Shown piece after piece: positions 11,875 through 24,157 of a stretch of 64,000 nucleotides of DNA. Every line of letters begins with the position of its first letter. The stretch's first letter is position 1. Source of the DNA: Bilabrum cf. latius (taxonomy: Eukaryota); NCBI GenBank assembly GCA_965178125.1, contig OZ237770.1, forward strand, positions 310,001 to 374,000, read 5' to 3'. The position numbers and the translations under genes were made by a program. The notes below the pieces were generated by a model, which saw only the letters and a program-made list of their open reading frames with translations, was not told the DNA's origin and did not search any database.

Positions 11875-14082
11875 ATCCGTCGGATGTAACGGAACGCAAC
11901 ACTTTTTTCTGGTTTTTGCCGGTTCCGGATCAGAGATTTGCGCGGCGACAAAAGGGATTCGGAGTCCATTATCAACACAATCCGGCTAATTCGACGCTTG
12001 CGAATCCATCGCGGCGGCTCTCGTCGCCAGAGCAGCTCAGTAAGAGGGTAAACAGTGAATTCAAAGTATTAGCTTTAGCAGGGCCCTGGGGGGGATTGCA
12101 CGGCGCCGCAATTGTGTGATGAGTGTAGCAACGATGTGCAACAGTTTCACAAATCGATATTTAAGGTGCCTTAGACGATATGGTTTGTCTATTAATTGAA
12201 ATATGTTTGATCTATTATCATTGTCTTCCCTCCTTCACCCGATCGCCTCCATCAATGTCGTCCATGGCTTGGCGTGCCTGCGCGAGGATCGGCGCAGCCG
12301 CATCTGCACCCATGTAGGCAGACACATATGCCTCAAGAAACGTAACTCCAGTCTGTAGAGCTTTCGCCTTCGTCTCTGCCTTTGCCAAGGCGGAGCGCAT
12401 CGTCCCAGGGGCCAATGCGCGGTGCTGTAGCAGCCGCTCTCGAACCCCCCCAACAAAGCCACCCTACCTGTTCCTGGTATCTACCACAGATGCAGGCACC
12501 GGCTAGGATAGCATCTCCTTCTCCATGATTGGCATGACTTCCTTTGCCACAGTCCCACCTACGATTCGATCAACGACGGCTCCAGTTCCACTGCGGGGCC
12601 TCTTCGCCTGAGATGGTCGGTCCTCATCCTCATCTGTCTCATCATCTGTGTCGACTTCCAGCCCAAGTATAGCTTGAGCAAAGGGGCTCGTCAATTCAGA
12701 CGCACTTTCTGCTGCTTCTTCTGCCGCTGCACTGCTGCTGCTGCTGCTGCTGCTGCTGGATGACGCGGCTGCGCTCAGCACTGTCGAGGATCCAACAATG
12801 TCATCGGCAGACAGGACATCCACCCCCTCCGCCGCTTGCGCCCCGGCCTCTCGTCTTGCAAGCAAAAGAATTGGAGAAATAAGCCTGTCTGCCTGGGTCG
12901 GCAGCACCTTTTTCTCCTGTAGGTGGATCCAGTCTGCAGGGCTGATCAGCTTGGTCGGGTCAAGCGGGAACTGGCCGTTGTCCTCGAACCCCTTGCTCGC
13001 GTTGGTGCTGTTCAGGATTGCGCCGTGGCAGGCCTCGTACACGATGGCTGGGGCTAGCGACTCGTCAAGATTCACTCGAGGAGGCTTTTCACTCTCTGGA
13101 ACTGGAGCACCTTGGTACTTGGCCTGTAGCTTGCGGATCCTCCTCGTGTTGACCTTGCGCAGAGCTCGCTGGAAGGAGCGCACACTCGCCCTGAGCTTAC
13201 GCTTGAAGGCCGCAAAGATGTGCGTATCAAGCACCTGCATCTGGTCAGTCAGTCCTGCGGGAAGGAACACAAGCCTTATTCCGTACTTCTTAGCAACTCG
13301 CTTTGCTATCTCAGTGCAGTGGATGCCGAGGTTGTCCATGATCAGCACGGCGGGGCACTTGCTCGGGTCCTCGATCTTCAGAGCTCTGGCCTCGTCCTTC
13401 GCATCGCGAGCGGCCTTGGCAAGCCTTCTTCGGGTAGCCAATACAGATTCACCTACCTCCTGCATCAGACGAGCAAACGTTCCAGTGTTTGACCACGCTC
13501 CCGCATTGTCATAGATTGACGTGCAACTGCACGGCGTCGTACAGTTTCCGCGAACAGAACCTCAGCTGGCCAACAAAGCTTCCTTGTCCCCACCTCACAA
13601 TATCCATAAAGCCGTGCCTCATTGAATTTGTCTCTCCACCTGTACAGGGTCGAAGGGTTCGGTACTATGCTATCCGCGGAAGTCGCAGCCATCTCACGAA
13701 GCCGTGCCTGCACCCCCCAGTTCGTCCCCGAAATAGATTTTTCCCTCCAAGTTTTGCAGAATTGCCATGCAAAGTCTCTATACTTTTCACCCTCAAGAAA
13801 ACCGGGCAGTGCTTTGTCTGAAACAGGTGCACTAATCGCTTTGGCATCGCACACCGTTTGAACTTCTTCGTGCAGCGCCGTCCTGATACTGTGTGCAAGC
13901 ACGTTGGCATCCTCCCACGCTTTCCCCAGGCGAGTTGATCGAACAACTCGACCTAGACGGTCTGCTGGGGCCGCTCGCTTTCTCTTTCTAGTCCGGTGCA
14001 TGGATATTTTGAAACTGTTGCGCATCGTTGCTTGCCAAATTTGGTGTGACGAAAGTATCGCGGCAAGTTACAACCGACGGAT
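11875..14082 (-). mobile_element. pogo/Tc5-like DDE DNA transposon, internally deleted, nested in the Ngaro element
   Basis: Inverted termini atccgtcggatgtaac (11875-11890) and gttacaaccgacggat (14067-14082), 15/16 match. Encloses transposase-like ORFs. Confidence 0.8.
12218..14025 (-). pseudogene. pogo/CENP-B-like transposase remnant (HTH plus DDE_1 domain)
   Basis: 13465-14025 has HTH-like PSTLYRWRDKF. The next frame has GAWSNTGTF, AVLIMDNLGIH and VFLPAGLTDQMQVLDTHIFAAFK (DDE_1 pattern) and reads through two TAGs to TGA 12218. The region carrying the first catalytic Asp appears deleted near 13510. Confidence 0.75.
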
Positions 14083-14201
14083 GCTTTACTCACAAAGTAA
14101 CGCGCGGTTTTCCGGAGCGCGCAGTACACGACCGCACGGGGTCCATACCTGCGTCTCCTACCGTAGTAGGCACCGCTCTAAGGTCGGACAACCCGACAAA
14201 C
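14081..14201 (+). repeat. Split direct repeat A2
   Basis: Copy of 5128-5248. Confidence 0.95.
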
Positions 14202-14254
14202 CCCACCCACCCAGTCGGGTGCAGACACACGCCGACTCCCGCAACAGCTTGGCA

Positions 14255-14397
14255 GACATGCAGCCGGGATCTCCCCCCCGGAGGCAGTTCGATCGCCGGC
14301 TTGGGCCTGTCACCAATTAGCCACTAGTGTGTGTCCCGGTGGATAGATCCACCTCCATTTGTTGTACGTGCATAGAGTGGTTGCAACCGGGGAAAAC
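14255..14397 (+). repeat. Split direct repeat B2
   Basis: Copy of 11730-11872. Confidence 0.95.
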
Positions 14398-14405
14398 TCG
14401 ATTTA

Positions 14406-17400
14406 GTAGCGCCGCGCGCAATAGCGTGAGCGGAACCTAATTTGGCGGCCCCGGGCGGGAATCTGAAACTTTGCGGCACTCGAGCTCCGTCCACGATGGG
14501 GGTATGGTGATTCTTTTGCCGGGAATGTGAGTTTGTATGGTATGAAAATCGTTTGCCCTCGTTTGCACGCGCAGCCATGCGTGGTGGGTGGCCGCACGGT
14601 GGACCGAGCCACCTCGGCCGCCCAAACGGCTCGAGCTTGTCTCCGCTCCCACGCGCGCTGCAGCGAAGTGCCAGAAAGTGTACACGTCCCATTCGCTTTT
14701 CATGTTCATTGTTCTCAGATTGGCAGCACTCTTGTCCTAATTTTCCTCAAACTGGATTAGGCAAACGTCGGAACGTGACTTCCGGAGCAGGTCCAGAGCA
14801 CGGCTCGCCTGGAGCCTCCTGCGAGCCAGATATACAGGATTTCTGAGTGTCGATGGCTAATTTCGACGTGAGGTGCTTTGATGAGTCATTTTGACCTGGT
14901 GTCTTGCACGGTGTGTCCCGATTTCGACCTGTTGATCTGGCGGAGAGCCGAAATTAAGCGATCAGGGTCTCGTTGCCAGCCTCATTTCTCGGTGTGCAGC
15001 AGAGTGCCCAAGTTTGTGCTTCTGTCAGCGATGTAGTTTGAAATGATCAAATATATCTCGCAATTTCAGCGTATTCGACGAGTGGTCATTGAGCCAACGA
15101 GCGAGATTTCCGAACCTACTAATTGATGCGCTTTCTGATGTCTTCATTACCAAATGCATGGCCGAATGAGCATATATCTATCTGACGTCCGCCTGTTCTC
15201 ACGTATTGCAGTATGATACACCACTCTTTGCCGCGCTCGGCCTGGACGAGGAACTTTGCAGCGCTAGCGCGGTGTCTGTGCTCGGTGTTCTGCTCGCCTG
15301 CACCGTCTCTCTCGGTATATTCGAGCATTCTGGCGGGGTTTCGAACGATATATGCCCGAGACAGGCCGGTTTACGTGCAACTACTACAATTATGAGCGGT
15401 AAAGAGGACTGGAGTCCCAGACGGATGGGGCAGATATGGAGCGAGGCGAGAAAAGAGGAGCTGATCCAGCGGCACTCGCCGGTGCTCGCTGTCATCTTGC
15501 GCAGAATGGCGCGGCACGTGCTGCACAAGTGGTCCCCGGATGACAAAATCATCTCCGATTGTCTTGATCTGCTCGCTTTTGCGGTCGGGTTCAGGCAGAG
15601 GCGCCCACAGGCGTATCACTTGACTGCCAACCGCGCCGGGCAGCACGCTGCCTCTGCCGCCCGCGCGCTCGAAGCGGCCACCCTGAGCGCGTTCAACTTT
15701 GTCAGTCGCGTCGCGGACGAGATCGAACCCGTTGTCTCGGGCTCGCCAGGCGGGGAGCGCCGGATCAACTATGCTGCCGACGTGCTGGCGGGCGCTTTGC
15801 TCAGCCCGGCCACCCCCGACCAGGTGGCCGCCGTGGAGCCCGGCCACAGGGACGCCGAGCTGGTCCCCGCGCATGGGGGGCCGTCACCCGTGGACTTGCC
15901 CCTCCCGATCGAGGAGTCCGGCGGCGAGTGAGGGTCTGCCGAACCACCTCCCAGGGCAGGGGGGGTGGGGGGGCAGGTGCCTGTGCTGCCTGAACCCCTG
16001 CACGGAGGGCGACAACCTGCAGCGCAGCGGGAAGCCGCCTGGGGTGTGCGGAGTGAGGTGGGGGCGAGGAGGAGGGGGGAGTGACGCGAGCCGCATGGCA
16101 GGCCTCCCGCAGGATCTGGCGGGTACCGTGGTGGTGGGCCTAGGCTTATCACATCGGGAGCATGGGGCGGCTGGCGTTCCTGCTGCCCCCGCTGCCGGCT
16201 AAATGTGACGACGAGCTGCTCAGGAAGTTCGGGTGGCAGCTGCTGATGGAGTACACTTCAACGGGGGCGGACCTTCTGACGCCTGGCGAGAGCATCGTGG
16301 GCATCACCCTCAGGTGGATTACATGAGGGCTTGCATTGCAACAGGAGGAGACTCGTGGCGGGCGCGGATCCACACCATCGTCACCAAGTGGCTGCGGATC
16401 GCTCGCCCCACCATCGGAGGAGGGGGGAGGGGGGGGGGGCAGAGCAGGCGCGGCTGCAGCCCCTGCGAGAGGCTCGGACCCTGCCTCGGACGGCACCAGC
16501 AAGGGGTGGAAGAGGGGTAGACGGGGGAGGAGCAGAGGCAGGGCGAGACGGGGGAAGGTCAGGGACGGAAGTCGAAGGCGGGGGGCGAGCGGGGGGCGCT
16601 TGCCGCAGCGCGCAAGGAAGGGGGTGGGTCCAGCAGCGAGGACGAGTACGAGGACGGCCTTGCGGACGCCTCGAAGCGGTCCCGTGACCCCCAGCACCGG
16701 TCCTCTCGCAGATCGAGCCGAAGGAGGCTGCCCACGCAAAAGGGAATGGACTACCAAGAGACGTTTGCGAGAGCCATGGCGGAGGACCGGGGGTGGCTCC
16801 GCGACGGGAGCGACTAGGACGAGGGGGGCGCGGCGGGCGACGGGGATGCAAAGGGCGCGGCGGCCGCGATGATGGACGCCAAATAGGGCGGCGATGTCGC
16901 CCCCGATCCGATGGGCGAGGAAATTCCCGATTCCGAGGCGCAGATCGATGCCGAGGGGGAAGACGCGGAGGACGCGCCTCGGGCGGCCAGGGGGGCGGCG
17001 GCTGTGTTGGCCAGCAAGCAGACCTAGGCTTTCGACGCCATCGGAGGGAGGAAGCCCCCAATGCTGTGAGACACAGAGGAAGACATCTGAGAGCCCTACA
17101 GGCTCTGGGGGCCGCGGGAGCGACGGCCTGGCGCGGCCTGCCAGAGCCGCAGAGGGGTGGCGGGACCCGTTCGGGTCGAAAGTCGGCACTTCTTCGCCCG
17201 GTGGGGGGCGCCCCTGCGGTGCGTGTGATATATATGCGATTGAATAATAGGCTCCGCTCACGCGCATGCCGATGCAGCCGCTGGGGCGGCCAGCAGACGG
17301 CCGAGAGCGCGTTTGGACGGGCCAGCTAGAGAGGCTCCTTGCGCCCGAACCAGCGCCACCCAGCCTCTCACACGGCCATAATCGAAAGAACATACCATAA

Positions 17401-17697
17401 AGAACAACATATCAAAAATCTGTCATGGAAGCTATAGGAAGCAAAATTTGCAGACCCCGCACATTTCGGCTGCAGTCGGCGAGACAGTCGCGCCGCGCCG
17501 CCGGCAAATTTTCTGCCGCTTACAAAATCCCGGCGCAATCCACCCATACAGTCACAAAGAATAGAGTGGGAGCATTTTTTCTCGCATTTTTTCTCCCCGC
17601 CCGCTCACAGGCGCCCAAACGTGATCCGGGCGCCTCGCCGGCCGCGCGCGCGGCCAAATTAGGTTCCGCTCACGCTATTGTAGGCGCGCGGCGCTAC
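14406..17697 (+). mobile_element. Unclassified ~3.3 kb element bounded by ~41 bp terminal inverted repeats
   Basis: gtagcgccgcgcgc-aatagcgtgagcggaacctaatttggc (14406-14446) is inverted at 17653-17697 with a 4-nt indel. A related partial copy lies at 27860-28450. Confidence 0.65.
15392..15931 (+). CDS. Hypothetical protein inside the TIR element
   Basis: ATG 15392 (MSGKEDWSPRR...). RMARHVLHKWSPDDKI resembles RMATPLIKCVSPEDVL in the related copy at 27895-28284. Confidence 0.4.
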   Translation: MSGKEDWSPRRMGQIWSEARKEELIQRHSPVLAVILRRMARHVLHKWSPDDKIISDCLDLLAFAVGFRQRRPQAYHLTANRAGQHAASAARALEAATLSAFNFVSRVADEIEPVVSGSPGGERRINYAADVLAGALLSPATPDQVAAVEPGHRDAELVPAHGGPSPVDLPLPIEESGGE

Positions 17698-19782
17698 CGA
17701 TCCGTAAAAAAATCCTCTGGTAATCCTCTTGAAGTGAATGACCGGTCATGCTGTCTGGTATACGCCGCGCATGATTGGTGCAGCGGATCCTCCCAGCCCA
17801 CTCGTCACGGTCGCGGTCTGATCAATTCACCAGTAGACGCTACCGTAGTCCAACGCGGCGCTACCGATCCGTTAATCCGGCAGCCGGATAGGCCTAGTAA
17901 TCGCTCGTTTCAAATTCCGTATTAAAATCGCAAAGTAGCGGAACGAGAGCGGAACCTGGTCGGCTCGGCGCCCAGTGCACCAACATTAGTTGTGTGGCAA
18001 GGAGGGATATCATCAACACCGCCGTAGGATTTCGTAGAACGATGAAACCACGTGGGCTGTTCAAGGAGAGAGGTAGGTACGCGGACGCGATCTACACAAG
18101 GAAGGATGGCATCAATGTAGTCGTCGACGTGCTTGTGGCACAAGCACACACGGGTAAGTATGCACGCCGCATTTTCGACGAAACGAAGGGACCAGGCAAG
18201 AGGTCGGGGTCAGACTGGCAGAACGAGAGCGCACTATACGCAGGGGCGTAGGTGAAGCTGCAGATGTACTACTAACCCAAGGACCAGACGAGGCTGATCG
18301 CAGGACAGGTGCCGGTGGGAGGCAACGAAAAAAAAAAAGGGAGGAGCAGGACGCTTTCCTCCTCTATTTGTCATATAATCTTGCGATTATATTTAGGGCA
18401 ATCTATTTTAAGGTAAACTATATATTAGAAACAAATTATAGGCAAAGCGATTTTGATCGTAGATAAAGATTTGCGGAAATAATAATAAGAAACAAATATA
18501 ATATTATATGTGTCGCTAGACATTGGGATTGAGGCGCGCGATGCAGACGAAGGATAGGGCAGGGAGAAGTGCCATACGACAGAGAGCGGCAGAGTTGCAG
18601 CAGCGACAGCCGGGCAGAACAGGCAGCAGTAGGGATCAGATCGTGGCCGTTGGGGTCGCGAGTCTGGGACACGCAGTGAGGGGCAGGACCAGCCCGTGCC
18701 GAGACACACGGGCAGCGGTCAAGGATGGCCCAGATGGGAAGATGTGGGGTGTGGAGGGGAGCGGGTGTAGGCTCCCACCGCGAGGGGGTCCGTGGAGGGG
18801 GGGCCCTTTTGGAGGTTCTACCCCGGGAGACGGCGGCCGACGGGCTGTCGTCTCCCGGGCGATTTCTTTTAAAGGGTTCTTCCTGCTTGCCGTTTGGCAT
18901 TTTGCTTGAGGGCTACCTGCTTTGAGCGCATAGCTTGTTCGATTGCCCAACACCGCCAGGGTCCTCTCCCCGACGCTCACACTCGCTGGTGCACGGACGC
19001 GCACGTTAACAACCTTATGTTATAGGATTGACTCCCTTGTTGAGACTCCTTATGCCGCTGCATCCCTCGCAGCGGCACGTGTGCGCCTGTTGCCAACGGC
19101 TGCTTACCTGCAGCCGTCGTCCTGGTTGGTGGTTCGGCTACCGGGGAAGACTCAATCTAGCTGCGTAGTAATATACACTTCTAGATTATTTTGCCTGGTG
19201 GCCGTGCCTTTGAGGCCGTTCGTTGCTCTAGCGTGTGGCTCCCCACTGCCATCGCGGGCGACCGGCTTCTCCATCCACGCGCCGCTGTGTCTCGTCGGGG
19301 TGGGAGCCTGCGCGTTTTCTTGCACTCCAACTCGCTCTCGCTCTCTCGCAGGCTTCTCTCAGAGGCTGCGGCAGTACCGCAGTCTTTTCGCGAGGGCAAC
19401 ATCTCCGTTGGGATGACGGGCCCGGCCACTCGGTAGGAGGATCATGTGGCTTGCAGGGAGGAACTTGGAGGACGCGTTCTTGGGGATCAGAGAGGTTACT
19501 GGCACACACACCAGGAGGCCCGACCGACGGCTGGGGGGCAGCGCGGCGGGCGCCCGCCCCCGCCGGCCGGTAGGTTGAAGGGGGCTTATACGCAGGTAGA
19601 CGCGACTGCGCAGCCCGGTGGTGGACTCGGGCTGCATCAGCGCGGTCTCTAGGGGCCCACCTTTAGCCGCCAGCCTCCCTCCAGGGGGGTTGGGCAGCAG
19701 GAGCTGGGGCGTGCAGGATATGGACTCACTAGCAGCGGTGACGGCGTCGCCTGGCGCGGCTGATCGGCCGCTAGGCCGGCCG

Positions 19783-20002
19783 GCAGGCAGGTGCCCGCCG
19801 CCGGCGTCCCCTCCCCTCTAGCTCCGACAGGCTGAGCTAGAGCGGTGACGGGTGGACGGCCGCTCCACTTCGACGTGCAGCAGCAGCATGCAGGCGGCAG
19901 GCAGGCAGGTGCCCGCCGCCGGCGCCCCCTCCCCTCTAGCTCCGACAGGCTGAGCTAGAGCGGTGACGGGCGGACGCTCGCTCGTCTTCGACGTGCAGCA
20001 GC
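19783..20002. repeat. Tandem duplication of a ~118 bp unit containing a hairpin
   Basis: gcaggcaggtgcccgccgccggcg...ctctagctc-cgacaggct-gagctagag...ttcgacgtgcagcagc occurs twice. Confidence 0.85.
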
Positions 20003-20460
20003 CGCAGGTATTGCGGCAGCCAATCCAACGTCGACCCTCCGCTCCCCCCCCCATGGGACGGCATTGCAACACATCCGGGGCGGCACACCGGGTAACCTTC
20101 TGACTGGGCAGCTACAGCCGCAGGCGACAAGAGAGCGAGGTGGGGCACTCTGACTTGTTTGGCACTTAATGGAGGAGGGCAGGCCACGAATGGTGCAGGT
20201 AGCATTTATAGCCATACTTGCAAGGCTTCTAGTTCGGGGTGGAGGAGCTAAGGACTGACAGATCATCTTGAATCATTTTCCCACCCGCCTGGGCCCGGGG
20301 AATTCGTTTTGTGTCCCCCACTGGTGGACAAAATCCATCGGTGGATCCAGGCACATCAGGACGGCTCAATGTTCACTGCCTGTCACACCCGATCCGGATC
20401 CGAGGATGGTGTCGTCGTCGTGCCATTCGATTGCACTGCGGCTTCCTACGCAACTGCCTC

Positions 20461-22150
20461 TTATTCAAACAAAGAACCGCCTCTTCTTGTTTTCCGCGCC
20501 CGAGCCACCGGCTTTGCTAGCCTCTCCTCCCTCTCCCTCACCAGGCGCAGGCGGCTCCCTCGATCCGGCTACGTAGATAGGTCCTTTGCCGCCTCCTCCA
20601 GCACCTGCACGCACTCGGCATGCCCTCCCAACCGAGCCGCCTCCAGCGGACCCACCACCCTGGTCCCGCCCGCCCCGTCCTCCACCTACCCCTCCACCTC
20701 CAGCCCGCCCGCCAGCACGCCGAGCCTTAGCCTTTTGGCCAGCTCCAGGGGCCTGCCCTCGCTAGCCGCCTGGAACACCATGGCCGCGTCTCGACTAGCA
20801 TCATAAGCGGTACGGTGCTCCAGCACGGCCCTTAGCCGCATCTGCAGCAGGTCATTCTCTCGCCTGCTCGCCTGCCACTTGGCGAGCGCATCGGTTGCAA
20901 CCTATTCTGCGGTTGCAACCGATGTACCGAGCCCCTCCTCCACCTCATCTTGTTCCTCTTCGTCGTCCAATTCTCCTTCATCTGCTGCTGCTGCTGCTGC
21001 TGCTGCTTGCTGTTTCGAGCCACTGGAGGCCTGCAAAGCGGCCATCGCGCCGCCATCCAGCAGTCTGACACGGAAGTCGAGCGAGCATCCCCCGCACAGC
21101 TGCAGCGCCGCCTTCAGCTGTAGCACGCCCCTGTAGATCAATGGATGCAAGCGTCGGTCTCTGGCATTCAGCATTCGTTCCTCCCACTGGTCTGCCTCGT
21201 CCACGAACGTAGCGAGGGAGGAGGCGTTCAGGGAGAGGACTCGCCCGAGGCGAGCATGATCGGAGCAAAGCAGAGCGACTGCTCGGGGGCACGCATAGGC
21301 CACCTCTGCAGCATGGTCCGGCTGTCCGTTACTGACGCACATTTCCAGTGCTGACACAGCTTCCTGCGGGGAGAATTGAACGTTGAGCTATGGTGGCAAC
21401 TTACTGAACCACAGCAGCATCAGCCTGCTTTGCGGCTCGATGGCTGCGCAGCCGCGCCTTTTTATGGTTGATCTCACATCTGGATACTTCTTTAAGTGTT
21501 GCTGCAGCAGCTTGTAGCACTGCCAGGATGCTTCTGAAGCCTTGTTCGACCGGCAGACTCGCAGTTGGCAGAACGCAGGGCCGAATGCCTGCATGGAAAG
21601 AAACAACAGCATTTCAAGCCAGGAACAAATTCACATCCGTCCAACAGAATGCAATTCTTCGCCGAAATCACTCACGTCTGGCTAGCTTGGGGTAGGATGC
21701 AGAGCTGAGGCGCCGCACCGCAGCAGAACGGCAACAGACTCTACCCGGCTCATGCCACAGGCCAGACTAAGTGGCGTTGCACCCTGCGATAGTATGGAGC
21801 AATATAAAACGAATCCGATTCGGGTGAATGTTCAACTATGGTGCACAGTACGATATAAGGGGACGGCTCACGTATGATGCTCCGTTTGGATCGGCACCAT
21901 ATTCTATCATTGCCGCGATGGACTCTGTGGATCCGTACACCGCTGCTGTATCGAGCAGCGAATACTTCTAACTTGGTGACGGTCGATCGCCTGGCATGGT
22001 CATTGGTCGCTCGGTGAGCAGACTCCTCGCATCCTGGTCTCTCGAGCCGAGCCAGGATCGCAGCTCGTCGTGCTTGTTGCTCTTCACCATGTCGAACACT
22101 GGGCGAAGTTCGGCTTGCTTTGTGTAATAGGCGATCATAACTGCATCCAT
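20461..22150 (-). CDS. Ankyrin-repeat protein with shared C-terminal module (multi-exon)
   Basis: MDAVMIAYY...; LLDTAAVYG...YGADPN; GATPLSLACG. The frame runs through TAGs 20902 and 20686 into DAAMVFQAASEGRPLELAKRL...GPLEAARLGGH and ends at TAA. Exon borders approximate. Confidence 0.7.
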
Positions 22151-22376
22151 ATTTCTAGTGGGTGCAAGAATGGAGCGAAGCAAGCAAAAGCACAATTTGA
22201 TTTCCCCGTCTGTTCTCGCGTGCTCCGAGTCGTCAACCCGGGCCAGTGGCCGTGCTGTTGCCGTGCTGTTGGCTGGCCAAGCTGGCCGCAGGACTGGCAA
22301 CTGTCCAACCCAAGCAGTACCACAAGTGGTATGTACAGCCAGTACGAAGGTACAATGCATTGGAATCGGCAGTCAG

Positions 22377-23612
22377 TCACGCCTGGTACAGCATGCGGTA
22401 CACCCGCATGTTGGGGCCCTCCCCCCCGCTGGGGTCCCATGTCCGAGCAAAGTACCGCTGCAACCGATTCGTTGTGAAGTACAGGCTTCCAGACGAGCCA
22501 TTTTCGGGGACGTATGCGAAGGTGTCAAGCCACTGCATCGTCTCGTCGTCCTGGATCAACTGGCGGTCGGTTGCAACCGTCTCGTTGGCCAGTTTCCCCT
22601 ATTGCCTGTGCAGGTCCACCATGTTCAGACCACACTCCCCTATGGAGCCGTACGCAACCCGGTCCAGCACCTGCTCGTGCTCGCTCCCACCCGACAGCTT
22701 GCGACCAGGGAGCACCCTCAGCCCGTCGCTAAACGAGGCCTTCTGGGTGACGTTTTGCACGGTAGCCTGCACCTGTTGGACGGTCGATTGCGGCCCCCGG
22801 AATACCCCTGCATCGAGTGCGAACAGACTGGCACCCTCAATCACGCTGTAGAACAGCACGTCTCCGTCCTGCGAGAGTGCGATCCCATCAGCGGGAGAGT
22901 TCATCGGGTACGTTACGTTGAGCACAGTGACATGGTACCAGGGCTGGGCCAATGTGGAAGGGCCCGAGAACCTTAGGGACCGGCCTGAGGACATGTCGTG
23001 CATGACGAGCGCGCCCTTTCCAGCCACGTTGGTGTCGGACATGTAGGCCACGTTGCGCTGCTCGTCCACCACGATATCGTTCAGGAAGGAGGAATCAGGG
23101 AAGAACACGTCATCTGAAAATACGTGCGAGTATTGAACTTCGTGCGTTTTGATGTCGAGCACTATCAACCGAGCACGGCCGTTCATCACGATCCCGGGGT
23201 CGGCCGCGAAGAAATTCTCCCTTCCCGCATCGATGACGTACATCCAACCCTTCTTCTAGTCGATCCATATGCTCTATACATATCGAACAACTTTGATGTT
23301 GAAATCCCAGCTCGGCCAAGCCAGCAGGTGTGGCTGGCCACCATCGGCAGATTGCACAGTGTTCAGAGTGGCCGGCACGCCAGGACGCCACCTTGGAACA
23401 CACACAAAAATGGTACCCCTGTACTCATTTATGCCAGTTACAATATTGTTTTCCAGGATAAAGGCACCATGTGCGGAGGCATTCACCTCTGTGCGCCATG
23501 GCGATGAAGAAAAGTCAAATGTCACATTGGAAAACTCGTGCAATACCTCGTACGGGTAGGCTATAGCAAAACCAGTGCCATACAACATCCATAATACCAA
23601 ATGCAAAGCCAT
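22377..23612 (-). CDS. Major royal jelly / yellow family protein, secreted
   Basis: One frame with TAGs at 23274, 23256 and 22599. Signal peptide, VPRWRPGVPATL, YV*SIWID, VIDAG, FLNDIVVD, YMSD, ADGIALS and WLDTF. Ends at TGA. Confidence 0.9.
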
Positions 23613-24157
23613 TCGTAGATATTTACTGTCGCAATATGGTGGACACGGTACACACGCTTGCTCGTCAAAATCTGTGAAATGGGAGGTTCGTGGCGAGCTC
23701 GAGTGAAGCGAAGGTTCCTGAAGGTGTAGGCGACCTGACCGTCGGAATTGTAAATAGTGTCTGAAGCACTTTTCTTGAGCCAATACTGATTCGATTGCGC
23801 TATGGGCATTTGTGGATCTACGCCACTACCTGATCACGAAAGTCAGGACGCAATGAAAGGTAAGATGCGCGTGTATTTTGTCGAACTTTGACGCCACTTT
23901 CAACTGCTGAGTGGCATTGGCTTGTGTCGCAAAGAATTCGCATGAGATACTCCGAGCAGTCTCAAGTGATATGTTGCGAGTACGTAGACACTGGTAGCTG
24001 CGAACCGTGAATACACTACCAACTGTATCGACTGAACACGCACAGTCGCTCGCGCCTAGCCAACTGGCGTAGTGCAACTGCTGCATTTTTATCATTTGGA
24101 TCGAAGCCTCGCAATTCTGCAGAAAGGCTGAAGGATGACAGAACGACTTCCAATGTT

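Larger units (their letters stand above)
5128..14397 (+). mobile_element. Ngaro-type (DIRS order) tyrosine-recombinase retrotransposon with split direct repeats, probably a defective copy
   Basis: A1 (5128-5248) = A2 (14081-14201) and B1 (11730-11872) = B2 (14255-14397), in the order A1-gag-RT/RH-YR-B1-A2-B2. Confidence 0.9.

Noticed and set aside
5128-14397. LTR retrotransposon or two independent elements
   Set aside because: The repeats are in split A1-B1-A2-B2 order, the element encodes a tyrosine recombinase rather than a DDE integrase, and B1 and A2 join seamlessly once the insert is removed.
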